A stretch of DNA of 64,000 nucleotides from a virus (IMGVR_UViG_3300035698_018653:62907-126906), one strand, 5' to 3'; shown: positions 1 through 11,397, counted from the stretch's first letter. Notes: generated from the sequence alone by a model not told the origin. Numbers and translations are program-made.

Positions 1-1605
1 CCAGTTCAGTCATTGGCTACGATAAAGTAAGCGCCATTCAGTCAAGAGGTTTGTCAATAAATACTGCATGATTGGCCTCCTTTGCATTATTAGTACGGTG
101 ACGGAAAGCGTCTGCGCCTCCCACATAAAAATTTTATAAAAAAACAGGAGAAATTAACATGAAATTATCTAGAGAAGAAAATTATAAGAGATATAAAAAG
201 GTAACAATGTTAGCGAGAATAATTAGGTCTGGTAGAAAATTGAGTAAAGATAATTTAAAGTTTTACGACAAAGAAGTAGAAAGAATAAGAAAACATAGGG
301 AAGAATCAGATAAGATTAAGTGGGAAAATTACGATAAAGACATAAAAGGGCTTTCAAAAAAGTTTAAAAGATTAGATAGGGCAATATCAAAAAATGACGC
401 ATTAGAGTCTATAAAAATAATACGAGATATACTAGTGATCGATGTAGATTTTGGAGGTTTTTGTGAAAGATGAACAGTTAGATAAAGCGATTAATTAATA
501 TTATAAATAATACAAAGGAGCGTATTAAATGAATCAAAACGACCTGATCAACATGAACAAAGAAATAATTTCTGTAATGAAGGATATGTTAACCTTTATA
601 AATCATAGATCAAATTGCCAGATGGTTATGTATGCTGCATTCGAAGGTCAGAAGTGCGATTGTGGATATGACAATCTCATTAATCAATTAAAGAAATTGA
701 AAAAGGAAGCCGAGTAATGAGCAGAACAAAATTTATTAAGATAGACTATACTTGCGATGTAGATGCACTAGGGCATAAAGAGTGTGATGAGAAATTAGAA
801 ACCGCTTGTAATACCTCATCGAAGTGTGACAAGGAAGCGAAAGAGAAAGGGTGGTATCTGGGATATAAGTATACTGGGGGCGAAAGAGTGCCGGTGACGT
901 TATGCCCTAAACATGCAAATTTAATTCATGTGCCCAAAAGAGTAAATAGAGAGGGAAATATATATCTTTATGAAGAGGGAGATTATCTTGCCAAGGTAAA
1001 GGTAATTGATGATCTAAGCAATAGAACATCTGACAATAACTTTTCTTTCTGTTTAAAGATTCTTGTTATCATAAGGCAAGTAAAAGATATGAGTCATTTG
1101 GGACCAGGAGATATGTTTAATGTAATAAAGAGAGTAAAAGACAGAAAGAGTTGGAAGCTTAAACCGATAAAAATATTTAGCAGAAGACAGAACCCGTCAA
1201 AGGAAGGTGCCATAATATGATAAAGGATATAATTTTTAATACGCTATATAATGAGCTTAGAGATATAGAGGCCAATAAAACATTATGTCTTTTGGCCTTA
1301 AAAGAAAAAGCTAAGTTAGCGGCAAAGAAAATAGAGATTGCTATTTGGAAGGAATTCTTTTCTGATAATATAGACGAAAGAATTAAAAGTCAGTTTGATG
1401 AATCATGGAGCTACCTTAACAAGCATAATGTACCCGCTCAAGTATTCTATCCGAAAGAGGGATATAAGAGTCTGACATTAAGGGAAAGGATTGAGTGGTT
1501 TATTATAACAGAAGGACTGGAAGAGCATCAGTTAGATATAAAAAACAAAAAAGACTTAAACAATTTAATTGATAAAGTAAGAAGCAAGATAAAGGAGAAT
1601 GAAAA

Positions 1606-1959
1606 GTGAAAATGGATTGGAAGAAAAGTGAAGCAGAGAATTATTTTGATATTTCTTTAGATGGTAGTTTTTGCCTAGCTGGAACAATTATTCTTAATAA
1701 AAAAGAAGTTGTAGAGATGATGAAAATCTGTAATTATATAATTAATGAAGAGCATAAAGGAACAAGAAATAAAATTGGAGAATGTTTTGGATTTAATGTA
1801 AGGGAGCTAATAGATGATGTTATTGAATATAAAGAAAATCAAAACGTAAAGGTAACAGGGCATATTGAATGTAAGTGTGGAAAATCACAATTTATCGAAA
1901 GAACAATTTATAAATCAGAACAAGATATAAACGAAACAGAAATTTATTTGTATACGTAA
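1606..1959 (+). CDS. Hypothetical protein; N-terminal half paralogous to the next small ORF
   Basis: ORF track; AAGGAG upstream; WKKS..F.I.L.GSF...TIIL.K..V.....ICN.I shared with 1972-2139. Confidence 0.7.
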   Translation: MKMDWKKSEAENYFDISLDGSFCLAGTIILNKKEVVEMMKICNYIINEEHKGTRNKIGECFGFNVRELIDDVIEYKENQNVKVTGHIECKCGKSQFIERTIYKSEQDINETEIYLYT

Positions 1960-1971
1960 GGAGAATGAGAA

Positions 1972-2139
1972 ATGGCTAAAAAAATAATGAGGTGGAAAAA
2001 GAGCGACTGGCCAAAACGCTTTGAAATAGCCCTTGAGGGTAGTTTTAATATAGTGCCTAGCACTATAATTCTTACAAAATTAGATGTAAAACTTTTAAGA
2101 AATATTTGTAATGAAATACTTAAAAAGGCAAACAAATGA
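1972..2139 (+). CDS. Unlisted 55-aa ORF (MAKKIMRWKKSDWPKRFEIALEGSF...), paralog of 1606-1959
   Basis: Read by hand: AAGGAG upstream, ATG 1972, TGA 2137-2139 overlapping the next ATG. Confidence 0.75.
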   Translation: MAKKIMRWKKSDWPKRFEIALEGSFNIVPSTIILTKLDVKLLRNICNEILKKANK

Positions 2140-2456
2140 AAAAACTATTCTTAATATTTTTAGCCTGTATAATTTTTAATTGCGCTGCGATAAACAATCA
2201 AAGGAGAACAACCTATATAAATACGCATCCAAATACCCCTGCTGTTTTTAAAGACGCAATTATCAGAGGGGCAATTAAAGTAGGTATGACCAGGAACGAA
2301 GTAAGGGCTGCATGGGGTAGCCCAAGTATAACCTCAAGTAACACCTGGATATACGGTGGCTGTTGCGAACTTGGCTGCACCTATGAGCATGTTTATTTTA
2401 GAAACGGAAAAGTAATTGACTGGGAGTCAACCGATAGCGGAATATTTGTTGATTAA
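2136..2456 (+). CDS. Putative lipoprotein with SmpA/OmlA(BamE)-like motif
   Basis: Signal-like N-terminus MKKLFLIFLACIIFNC; motif IKVGMTRNEVRAAWGSP ... VYFRNGKV. Confidence 0.6.
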   Translation: MKKLFLIFLACIIFNCAAINNQRRTTYINTHPNTPAVFKDAIIRGAIKVGMTRNEVRAAWGSPSITSSNTWIYGGCCELGCTYEHVYFRNGKVIDWESTDSGIFVD

Positions 2457-2548
2457 GGAGATAAGATGAAGAATAGATTTTATAATTTAAGTGAAAATAA
2501 AACGAAAGAAAAATATACCAAGATAGATGCCAATAAAGGAGCTAACAA

Positions 2549-3052
2549 ATGAAAAAGAAAGCAAAAGCAAAGCCTAAGAAAAAGCAGATTGAATATCAGG
2601 TAGTAGATGCCGATGGTAATGGAAACGCATATGATACGCTGGAAGGACTGATAGAGGATATAGAGAAAGGTGATTTAGTGCCTATAGAGGAGTCGCATAG
2701 TAATAGTGCGACAATAACTAAGGTAGAGGTGCTAGAGCGCATTAGTATACGTGTACTAGACGAGATGCGCTATAAGGTGGAGATAATCGAAAGGAATAAA
2801 CCGTGTAAAAGGAGAATAAAGATGGAGATAAAACAAACTAAAAAGATAGAGAAAGTATTTCAGCCATATTCTATTAAGATAGATATTGGTAGCGAACCGG
2901 AAAACGAACAGATAAATACATTAATGGATAGGGTAATGAGGCTTATTGGTAGCGGAGAGATAAATAGTTCAGATGATAGGGAAGATTTTATTAACGACAT
3001 AATAGAAATAACTAACTCTAATGCTACAGACGAATATAAAGCAGATGAATAA
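2549..3052 (+). CDS. Hypothetical protein; looks like two in-frame fused genes (second RBS+ATG at 2822)
   Basis: AGGAGCTA RBS; internal AAAAGGAG-N7-ATG; N-half paralogous to the C-half of 3460-3963. Confidence 0.65.
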   Translation: MKKKAKAKPKKKQIEYQVVDADGNGNAYDTLEGLIEDIEKGDLVPIEESHSNSATITKVEVLERISIRVLDEMRYKVEIIERNKPCKRRIKMEIKQTKKIEKVFQPYSIKIDIGSEPENEQINTLMDRVMRLIGSGEINSSDDREDFINDIIEITNSNATDEYKADE

Positions 3053-3459
3053 AAGGAGAAATAACAAATGAATATTAGATTAGACTTAAAACAGGATAAG
3101 GAATTGAGAAAGGAAATTAACGAAATAATTAAGGGGCAAGTCAAAGCAATTGCCAGGGAAGATGTAAAGGAAACGGTATTGGGAGAGATTAAAAGTCATG
3201 TAGATAATTTTTTAGCTTGTAATCCACATGAGATATTTGAAAGGATTATAGAAAAGACAATAATGAATATATTAGCAAAGGATTTTGGTATCACTCAATG
3301 GGGTAGAAAGTATATTGCCCCTATTGTAAAGGAAAGGCTTGATTCTGTATTGACAGATGGACAAGTAATAAAATCGGTTAAGGAACAAGTTCAAGTAAAA
3401 ATAAACAAGATGATAAAATCATTAAAGGATATAGGATTATAAAAAGGAGAACTAAAACC

Positions 3460-3963
3460 ATGATTGCAATAGTATATGAGCATGGCAAAGCAACTAATAT
3501 ATATTCATCTGTTGAATGTATAATGTCATACCTGGACAATAACCAATACAAGATAGTATTTAAGCATACGGAAGAACGATCAGATGTTGCAGTAGAGTTA
3601 AAGGAAGGATATTGTATTAGAGCGATTAATAAATTGAATAATGAAACGATAGAGATGATTAATTATATAGAGCAAGATGTTGCCTGGGAAAAACTAGATG
3701 TACCAGAGCCAAAGGTAAAGATAACAGATGATAAAGTTGAGTATCAGATAATAGATCAGTCCGGCGCTCTATGTGTATTTGCTTCTCTTGCTACACTCAA
3801 GCACTCCATAGAGACGGGCAATATAAGCCCCTATGTTCTCTACAATAAAGCTGTCGTCACCTGTGTAGAGAAGCGAGAGGTGCTTACTATTGCTATTAGA
3901 AAGAATACCGAAGTAACCGACAGATACACCGTTGATGTATTAGAACAAAAGATATATCCATAA
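3460..3963 (+). CDS. Hypothetical protein
   Basis: AAGGAG RBS; VEYQIID...IETG...VE...RYTVDVLE resembles 2549-3052. Confidence 0.7.
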   Translation: MIAIVYEHGKATNIYSSVECIMSYLDNNQYKIVFKHTEERSDVAVELKEGYCIRAINKLNNETIEMINYIEQDVAWEKLDVPEPKVKITDDKVEYQIIDQSGALCVFASLATLKHSIETGNISPYVLYNKAVVTCVEKREVLTIAIRKNTEVTDRYTVDVLEQKIYP

Positions 3964-4630
3964 TAACTGCCCAATAACACCTATAAATATTAGTTTATTA
4001 GCATATTCGAATAACCTATTATTATATTATAAGAATATTCTAATATTCGAATATTCGAATAACCTAATACAGAATGAGAATTAACAGATTAATAATCTCC
4101 CGTTTAAATAATTTGCCATATGTAAATAACAAACAAGGAAGTCTCTATATAATAAAAAGGAATAGTAATAGTAAATTAGATAACAAATAGTCAAGGAAAG
4201 ATTAATAAGCAAGAGAGAAAGGATAACAAAGAGATAGCAAGGGAAAGGTGAGTGATAAGAATAAAAGGAAAAGAGTTAAGAGAGTTCAAAGGGAAAGGAA
4301 GTAGGAGAATACAATAAGGAAAAGTATTAGGTAGAGAATCAAGAGAGGAAAGCATATAGGAGCGATAAGGAGCGATGTATGATAGTGATAGGGTATATAG
4401 AGCGGATAGGTATCCAGTGCATGAGAGTAGTATTAAATAAATAAAAGAATAAGTAAGAGAGTTAAGAGAAGATTTAAATAGCTGAGTAGTATTGGGATAG
4501 TAAGGAGCGGTATATGATAGGATATAAGGTGCAATGGTGGGATAGTACAGGGTGTATAGTAGAGTGTAGTATACTCTATGAACTCTTTATGCACCCTTTG
4601 CCCTGATCGTCAAATGTTGCCTATCGAGAC

Positions 4631-4995
4631 GCTAAAGAGACTATATGCTGAAACTTACGGAGCGACATATGTAAGACACTATTGATAACAACGTCCCGCC
4701 CCCATAACTCTATATAGATATAGACACTTATAGTTACTTCGTATAATAGTTATTACGTAAACTTAGCAAGGTAAGAATGATGTAAGTTACTATTAATATA
4801 TACACTTACGAGAGGTAAGGGACATTATTGAGACACACAAAGCAGTGCGCCGTCCGGTAAATATTACACATAAGAGGATTGAGAAACAAGTATTTAGGTA
4901 GAATCAAAAAACGCCGTAAGTCTAATAGAATGGATTTAAAACTTACAAAACTTACAAAAGTTACACGTCGTAAGTCCTTTATATATAAGTACTTA
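4631..4995. repeat. Cluster of about five imperfect palindromes spanning 25-26 bp from TAA to TTA
   Basis: 4633-4657, 4705-4730, 4783-4808, 4871-4896, 4971-4995; another at 54314-54338. Confidence 0.55.
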
Positions 4996-5174
4996 GGGGG
5001 GGGGTACCAAAAACGGATAGGGGTATATCAATTTTATATCGATTACTCACCTTCTCCCTACAAACTATTTTGACATTCAAAACACTTTTCCGGGGTGTTG
5101 TTGATAAAAGGAACCCCAATAAAAGGAATCCCCACAACAAAACAAAAAAATGTATGCCAAACAAAACAACTCAT

Positions 5175-5185
5175 CGTATATTATA
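5175..5185 (+). promoter_or_regulatory. Conserved promoter-like motif CGTATATTATA
   Basis: Identical intergenic copies at 9044, 11418 and 46870; variant at 60526; each precedes a gene start. Confidence 0.65.
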
Positions 5186-7277
5186 ATAAAGGAAGGAATA
5201 ATCAATAACAAAAAGGAGTTAATTATGAAAGCAATAATAGTAAAGGAAAATAAGTTTAATGATTTATTTGAAAGATTTAGAAATGAATTAGATTTAATAA
5301 AGCTGTCAAGAAAAGAAGATCCAAATTATGATATTGAAAGGGCAATAAACTATCATGTATGTAAATTAAAAACTAATCTAGTAAGTTCTGATTAAAGGAA
5401 CCCATAATGAAACTAGACAAAACACAAATAGGAAAGAAGTAAAAATACGGAAAGATAAAGTATTTGAATATGCTAAAATTAGATAAAGGAGTTGAATGAT
5501 ATGATAAAAATAATAACTACCTTTAGGGCTATAAAAGTAATTTGTATCTTTAGAGATAAGCAAGATTGTATAGATGGCAACAATGTAAGGAGTGATGGTT
5601 GTAATAAAAAATGCTGTGAAAAGAATTGCCCAATAATAAAGAATAGTGAAAAACTAGATAACCATACAGAAAAAATGATAGGTATAGGGCGTACAACCGG
5701 AATAAAGAATTATTTAAAGGAGCTTAAAAATGTTAAAGGAAATCAAAGAAATAGTTTTAAGTCATAGTAATTATAACGTAATGTATGATACGCTAATAGG
5801 TATAAACAATAATAGTAAATTTGGGGTATTAATTGCTTTAAATAATTTTAAGTTACCGGGAGAAGTAAAGAGCGAAATCTTAAATATAAAAGAAAGACAA
5901 CTGATACCGATTATAATTGAATATAATATTATAGAGATTTTCTGTGATGACGAATCAAATACTTCTGTCTGGGCAGAACTGTATCCTGCAGAAGTAGAAA
6001 TACTATTTGAAAACTGTAGCGTTATGATATAGGAAATAGTAATGAAAATCAAACTAGAAAATCAAGCAAGGAGAGAAATTTTAAAATCTAAGAATAAAGC
6101 CAGGCAAGCAATTGACTTGCTGGGCGGTATCATAGGGCATATAGCGCTGAATGATAAACTGACCTATACAGAATTTATAAGACACTACAGAGACAAATGG
6201 TATGAGATAGTAGAATAAAAACAAAAGGAGCAAGTAAAATGATAACCATATTTACCCGAGATGACCTAAAAGAAAATTGTAAAGATATTGCTACATCGGA
6301 AGTATGCACAGATCATTTAATGATTCATTGCCGAGAAACAATTAATGTATCTAGCCTTATAATTTTTATAAGCGAAGAAATAAAGATATTGAAAAATAGA
6401 TACGGTAGTGGAAGCGGACGGGTATTTAGCTTAAATGAATTTATAATTAATTTATTGAAATAGGGAGCCACTAAATGAAAGAGCCAACCAAAAAGCAACA
6501 CGATATTCTATATGAAGTTAATGAAAACTATTCCGTACAGATGATAAATAGTAATGAGAAGATAGATAAATATTGGGAGCTGGTAAGAATGGGGTATTTA
6601 AAAAATCTAGTGTCCTTGGGGCTGATGTATGATTGGAAATTTGTATTAAGCGAAGAGGGCGAAAAGTATATTAATCAATAGGAGCTAACAAATGTTCAAA
6701 GAAGACGAAGTAACTTTTTTAATAGCAAATACTTTTCAAAGATTAGATATTGGATTTAATTGTTATTATGAAAAAGTAAAAGATAAATATGATAGAATAG
6801 AAAAATATAAATTAATCAATAAAGAAAACGGAAGTATGATAAAAGGACTTGTAATACATATTAACAGTAGCTACAAGAATGACTTAAGAGATGTCTATCA
6901 AGTGGAGGGTTGGAATATAAAAAAAGTAATTCTTTTAGAGCGCTGTATTTTAGAGATAAAAACAAGATGTATATTAGATAATATAATGAATAGCAGATTT
7001 GGAAAAACTAAATGGGAACAATTTTCAGATAGGTAGGGGTATAATAAATGAACGTAATCCAATGCCCGAAGCATAAGGAAACGCCAACCTGTCCGTATAG
7101 GGACTGGAGCAATAAAGTGGGCTGCGGAGAAAGCCCCTGCCAGATGGCTACGGATATTGAAGATAAGGAATCTAAGCCCCTCCATGATTATGGAAAGTGT
7201 CTCCACGGCATTTCTATAATGGAAGATTGTAAAAAGTGCGGAAGAGATTATAAAAAATTTACTTAAAAGGAGCATAA

Positions 7278-8477
7278 ATGACATTCGAAGAGTTTTGTGA
7301 ATTTCATAGGATGCTAGAGCATAGGGCATATATTATATTAGGTTTTATATATGATAATTTTAACGTTAATGAAGAATATATAAAACAAATATTAACTGAC
7401 ACCACAATAGAATCTCAGCTTACCCTCGAAATGATTTATGATGGACTTGTGGAGTTTAAGAAATACAATAGCGATAAAAAAAATCGTGTTGCTTTTTATA
7501 GTTTAATTTATATGCTTAAAGATATGTCAAATAAAGGTTTTCATGGAGCAGCGGCCGGAGTGGAGCTTAGAAAAATATTATTAAACAAAGGAGCTAAGAT
7601 GAAAGACAAAAAACATTTAGGGTCCAATAAAAGACTCTTAGAGGTTGGTAAAAAATATAAAGCAATAAAAGAATTTTTTACTGCATATTGTGTTATTGTT
7701 TATAAGGGTGAGATTTTGTATATAGAAGAAACACATAAAGGAAATAATAAATTATTAAGCGCCAACAATGAAAAATATTTATTGCGTAAAAATAAAAGCT
7801 ATATTGATTGCTTAGAATTAATTACGGACGAAAATAAAAAATGCACTACTGGTCATCTATTAAAATCAATAACAGAGGAGTTAAAAGTGAAAGAGGAAAA
7901 CAAAGCATTGGATTTACTATGGCAGTCATATGAAAAATGGAATCAGGCAGATGAAGTGCTGAGAGATAATTTAGGAAAGGAATGTGACAAGAAAATGAAT
8001 TTAGCGTTACGTATTGGTGGTACCGTATTAATAAAACATGGAACAAGCAATTGCCCGTTATGCAGAAGCTTTATAGAAGAAGATAATTGTTCAACTTGCC
8101 CCATAAGAAATAAAGTTGGGAGTCCAGGTTGCGCCGGCACACCATTTGATAACTGGAGTGAATATACAACCAAAGCAATAAGTATAAATACCTTAAGGAT
8201 ACACAAAGCAATGACAGACTTCCTTTATGATCTCTGGATTGAATTGAAAGAGGAAGAAAAGGAAGAAGAGGATTTAAAGATGGGAGATTTTGTAGTTACT
8301 CCCTGGAATAAATCATTGCGTTTAGTTTGCAGAGAGAAAGAAAATTCAGGAAACTTATTTACTGTAGATATGTGTGGAGTAACACAAGTTGTTGGTAAAG
8401 AAAATTTTAAACGTAATAACTATAAAAAAATCTCAAAGCAAGAAGCACTAGAAATGCTTAAAAAAGAATGGAGTTGA
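7278..8477 (+). CDS. Mosaic hypothetical protein with Cys-rich segment (CPLC...CSTCPI...GC)
   Basis: ORF track; internal AAAGGAGCTAAG-ATG at 7599 in frame. Confidence 0.6.
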   Translation: MTFEEFCEFHRMLEHRAYIILGFIYDNFNVNEEYIKQILTDTTIESQLTLEMIYDGLVEFKKYNSDKKNRVAFYSLIYMLKDMSNKGFHGAAAGVELRKILLNKGAKMKDKKHLGSNKRLLEVGKKYKAIKEFFTAYCVIVYKGEILYIEETHKGNNKLLSANNEKYLLRKNKSYIDCLELITDENKKCTTGHLLKSITEELKVKEENKALDLLWQSYEKWNQADEVLRDNLGKECDKKMNLALRIGGTVLIKHGTSNCPLCRSFIEEDNCSTCPIRNKVGSPGCAGTPFDNWSEYTTKAISINTLRIHKAMTDFLYDLWIELKEEEKEEEDLKMGDFVVTPWNKSLRLVCREKENSGNLFTVDMCGVTQVVGKENFKRNNYKKISKQEALEMLKKEWS

Positions 8478-9043
8478 ATAAATGAACCAAAGAGAAAAGG
8501 GATTTACTCAAGGTGTTGGATGCGCAATACATTATGTAGCTGCTTATGATAAAAATGTGGCAGAGAGATTATTCCTTGATATGAATTTACCTTTAAAAGA
8601 TTACGAGGAAGTGTATGATGAGATTGATTTACCCTATATACGTAAAAGCAGCAGAGGAGTAAAAAATGAAACCACATAAGCCAGACTTTCCAGATTATAA
8701 TTGTACAGTAGAGCTACCAAAGAATCCAGATAAAAACGCAAATCCTTTTGGTACAACATCTTCTTTTAAGGGCGAAGAGTTGACAGCTGATAAGTTAAAA
8801 GAAATGTTTGGGCTTTTAAAAAAGAACCCAAAGCCAAAAGCAATTGTATTAATTCCTATAGGGCTGGAGGGGAGATATATGATTAAAGAATATCCGGCAG
8901 AATATTTTACTCCATCTTTTTTTAAACCAAACTCGCTTCAGCCAGATGGGTTTATCGAAAGATTAACCCCACCTAAAGGTGAGCTAAGAAAAGATGGTCA
9001 GTTTCCCGGCGAAGGAAGACCTGAACTAGTTTAAATAATTAAT

Positions 9044-9054
9044 CGTATATTATA
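9044..9054 (+). promoter_or_regulatory. Promoter-like motif CGTATATTATA
   Basis: Intergenic, just before the RBS of 9070. Confidence 0.65.
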
Positions 9055-9069
9055 TATAAAGGAAAGATA

Positions 9070-9330
9070 ATGAAACTTATTTACTGTCCCGAGTGTGGTG
9101 ATATATTTAGCTTAAGGGAAGATGTTAGATTTTGTTATTGTAAGAAATCATATGGTAATTATTTAGATGATGGTTTAAATGCGGTAATAGGTGGAGAAGC
9201 AATTCCTATCGGATTTAATAATTTTAGTTTTACAGGCGCACTAAATAATATTCCAGAGAGTGGCAAGGGAATAACTTTTGAAGCTTTCTTTATTCCAAAA
9301 AAATGTGATCACATAAAAAGGATAACATGA
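9070..9330 (+). CDS. Small Zn-finger-like phage protein
   Basis: CPECGD...CYC motif. Confidence 0.6.
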   Translation: MKLIYCPECGDIFSLREDVRFCYCKKSYGNYLDDGLNAVIGGEAIPIGFNNFSFTGALNNIPESGKGITFEAFFIPKKCDHIKRIT

Positions 9331-10016
9331 AACCATACTGGCTGGACCTATATAAACAAACAGATTTATTCGGAACAGATAAGCTCAATAGAATCCCCTC
9401 ACGCACTGAAGTCTATGTTATCATAGGTCAATTCTTTGAGGTACTTGCAAGAGAGATACTGGGTGGAGAGTTGGGCGATGTTGACCCTGTTAATAACTTC
9501 CAACCAGACCTTATAATATGGAATAAGAACGGCGAGAGTGATATTATCGTAGAAGTAAAAGGATGTAATCACAAGACCGGATATGGGGCCTTAATAGACG
9601 ATGATCAGATAGAGTTCTATGAGAAGCTTGAAACATCTACTTTTCCATATAATAATCCGAATGCGTTATACTGTATCTTTTATTATCAGTGTGATGGTAT
9701 ACGAGATAAAGGATATTCTGTTAATAAAATATTAAGTATACTTGCTGGTGGAATAATAGATTCATTTCTTGTTAGTGTTTTATATATGAGAGAAATATGT
9801 TCTCCACTTAAATCAAAAAAATATCATGGATGGAAGACCAGGGAAGATCAAACATACAAAAGGCTTTCTTATTCTGCTATATCAAAACATAGAAAAGGAA
9901 GCTACACAATACAAATGAAAAATGTAAAGATAGGAAATTTAAAAATAAATAATTTTCCACTTTGTTTTTTGAGAAAGGAGTTTGATAATGGAGACGATAA
10001 AACAAAAAAGCAATAA
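9327..10016 (+). CDS. PD-(D/E)XK-family nuclease
   Basis: E...QPDLII...IIVEVKG catalytic-type motif; N-terminal QTDLF. Confidence 0.6.
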   Translation: MKPYWLDLYKQTDLFGTDKLNRIPSRTEVYVIIGQFFEVLAREILGGELGDVDPVNNFQPDLIIWNKNGESDIIVEVKGCNHKTGYGALIDDDQIEFYEKLETSTFPYNNPNALYCIFYYQCDGIRDKGYSVNKILSILAGGIIDSFLVSVLYMREICSPLKSKKYHGWKTREDQTYKRLSYSAISKHRKGSYTIQMKNVKIGNLKINNFPLCFLRKEFDNGDDKTKKQ

Positions 10017-10440
10017 TGATTGTTTAGCTGCAGTAACCGCCATGATATTAAAAATTACCTATGAAGAAGCCCTCGATATTTTAAAAAAGCAAAACAAAGA
10101 AGGCCCACCCTTTAATGACATTGATTTAATATTAGTTGCGCTTAAGAAAGAAATTTATATTGGTATTTTAGGAATAGACTATAAAGGAATGAAGTTTTCA
10201 ATCCCTAATGCTTCGATAGGTAAGATTGGCTTTGAACAAGAATTCTGGAAAAATGAATATTATATCGGAGTTAAATCATTGAACTTTCCAGATAAAACTC
10301 ATGCAATTTATTTTGATGGAGAAATATTACACGACCCCTCTTCTAATAAAAGATTTAAAGATTTGGGGGCGTATGAGGTTCAAGCTTTTTATCCTATATC
10401 GAGAGAAAGATTAATAAATAAAAAAGGGGATATAAAATGA
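9982..10440 (+). CDS. Peptidase C39-like (papain-fold) protein
   Basis: KQKSNNDCLAAVTAMIL ... THAIYFDG..LHDP (Q-C/H/D pattern). Confidence 0.6.
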   Translation: MIMETIKQKSNNDCLAAVTAMILKITYEEALDILKKQNKEGPPFNDIDLILVALKKEIYIGILGIDYKGMKFSIPNASIGKIGFEQEFWKNEYYIGVKSLNFPDKTHAIYFDGEILHDPSSNKRFKDLGAYEVQAFYPISRERLINKKGDIK

Positions 10441-11354
10441 TAATAACAATTTGTATTCTTTCTATGTTATTACTTCTCTATTTAAAATTAAGAATGTTTT
10501 GGTTTTATAAAGAGAACTGGAAAAGAGCAAGACAATATGGTAAATACTGGCGTCAATACAAATGTTGGAATAGAAAGAAAGTGCTTCTAAGATTTTGGAA
10601 TTGGAGTTATGATGAAATGTATTTTCCTAAAACATTTGAAGAATTAGAAGCGGAAGGATTATCAGATGCCTTCGGAGACAAAAAACAAAAAGCAAAATTA
10701 AAGTCATTTAGGAAAAAGAAAAAATGATTGGTCGTGGTGGAGTAGATTTAAAAGAGAAGTATAGTAAAGCTCAAAAGGAAATCTTTCCAATGCTTCTTAA
10801 GCTTGTGCCTAAAGAACTAAAGGACAGAGTGCATATCGACTTGTCATCTGGGTCATGGAATTATACCGGAACGATTTGTATCAAGGGTCGTATTAATGAA
10901 ATAAAAAATAGATGGAAATCAAAATACATTCGTATCTGGCAACTGGATAATCTTTATGATATAGCAAGACCGATAATGGAAGAGATAATTGAAGTTACAT
11001 TCGAGGGGTACCACGATGATATTATTAATAGAGGCGAGAGAAAAGAATGGGAAGAGAGGGTAAGAAAGAAGCTTGGAAATGATTTTAAAATAGGATACTG
11101 GGATTGGCGAGACGAATACAAGATTGATTATAAAGGTTTAAGCGCAAATGTAAGTAGAGATAAAAAGGAATATACTATTGGCATTTCAATTACTTGTCCG
11201 CTTAAATATTTAAGAAAGACATTTGATTACATATTAAAATTGAAAAAGTTTTTAGGAGATTATTATGAGAAATAAAAGGAGGTGTTGCGATGAAATAAAA
11301 CAAAACAATTTGTTATCCAAGCAAGCTCTCATAACTGAGAGTGTCAATCAAGGG

Positions 11355-11397
11355 AAAGTACTCTCTGATCTATTTTCGGTCAGGGAGTACTTTTTTA
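11355..11397 (+). terminator. Intrinsic terminator
   Basis: AAAGTACTCTCTGATC / GGTCAGGGAGTACTTT stem followed by T-run. Confidence 0.8.

Noticed and set aside
4879-5164. Listed ORFs 4879-5073 and 4979-5164
   Set aside because: No RBS; they translate the palindrome array and G-run
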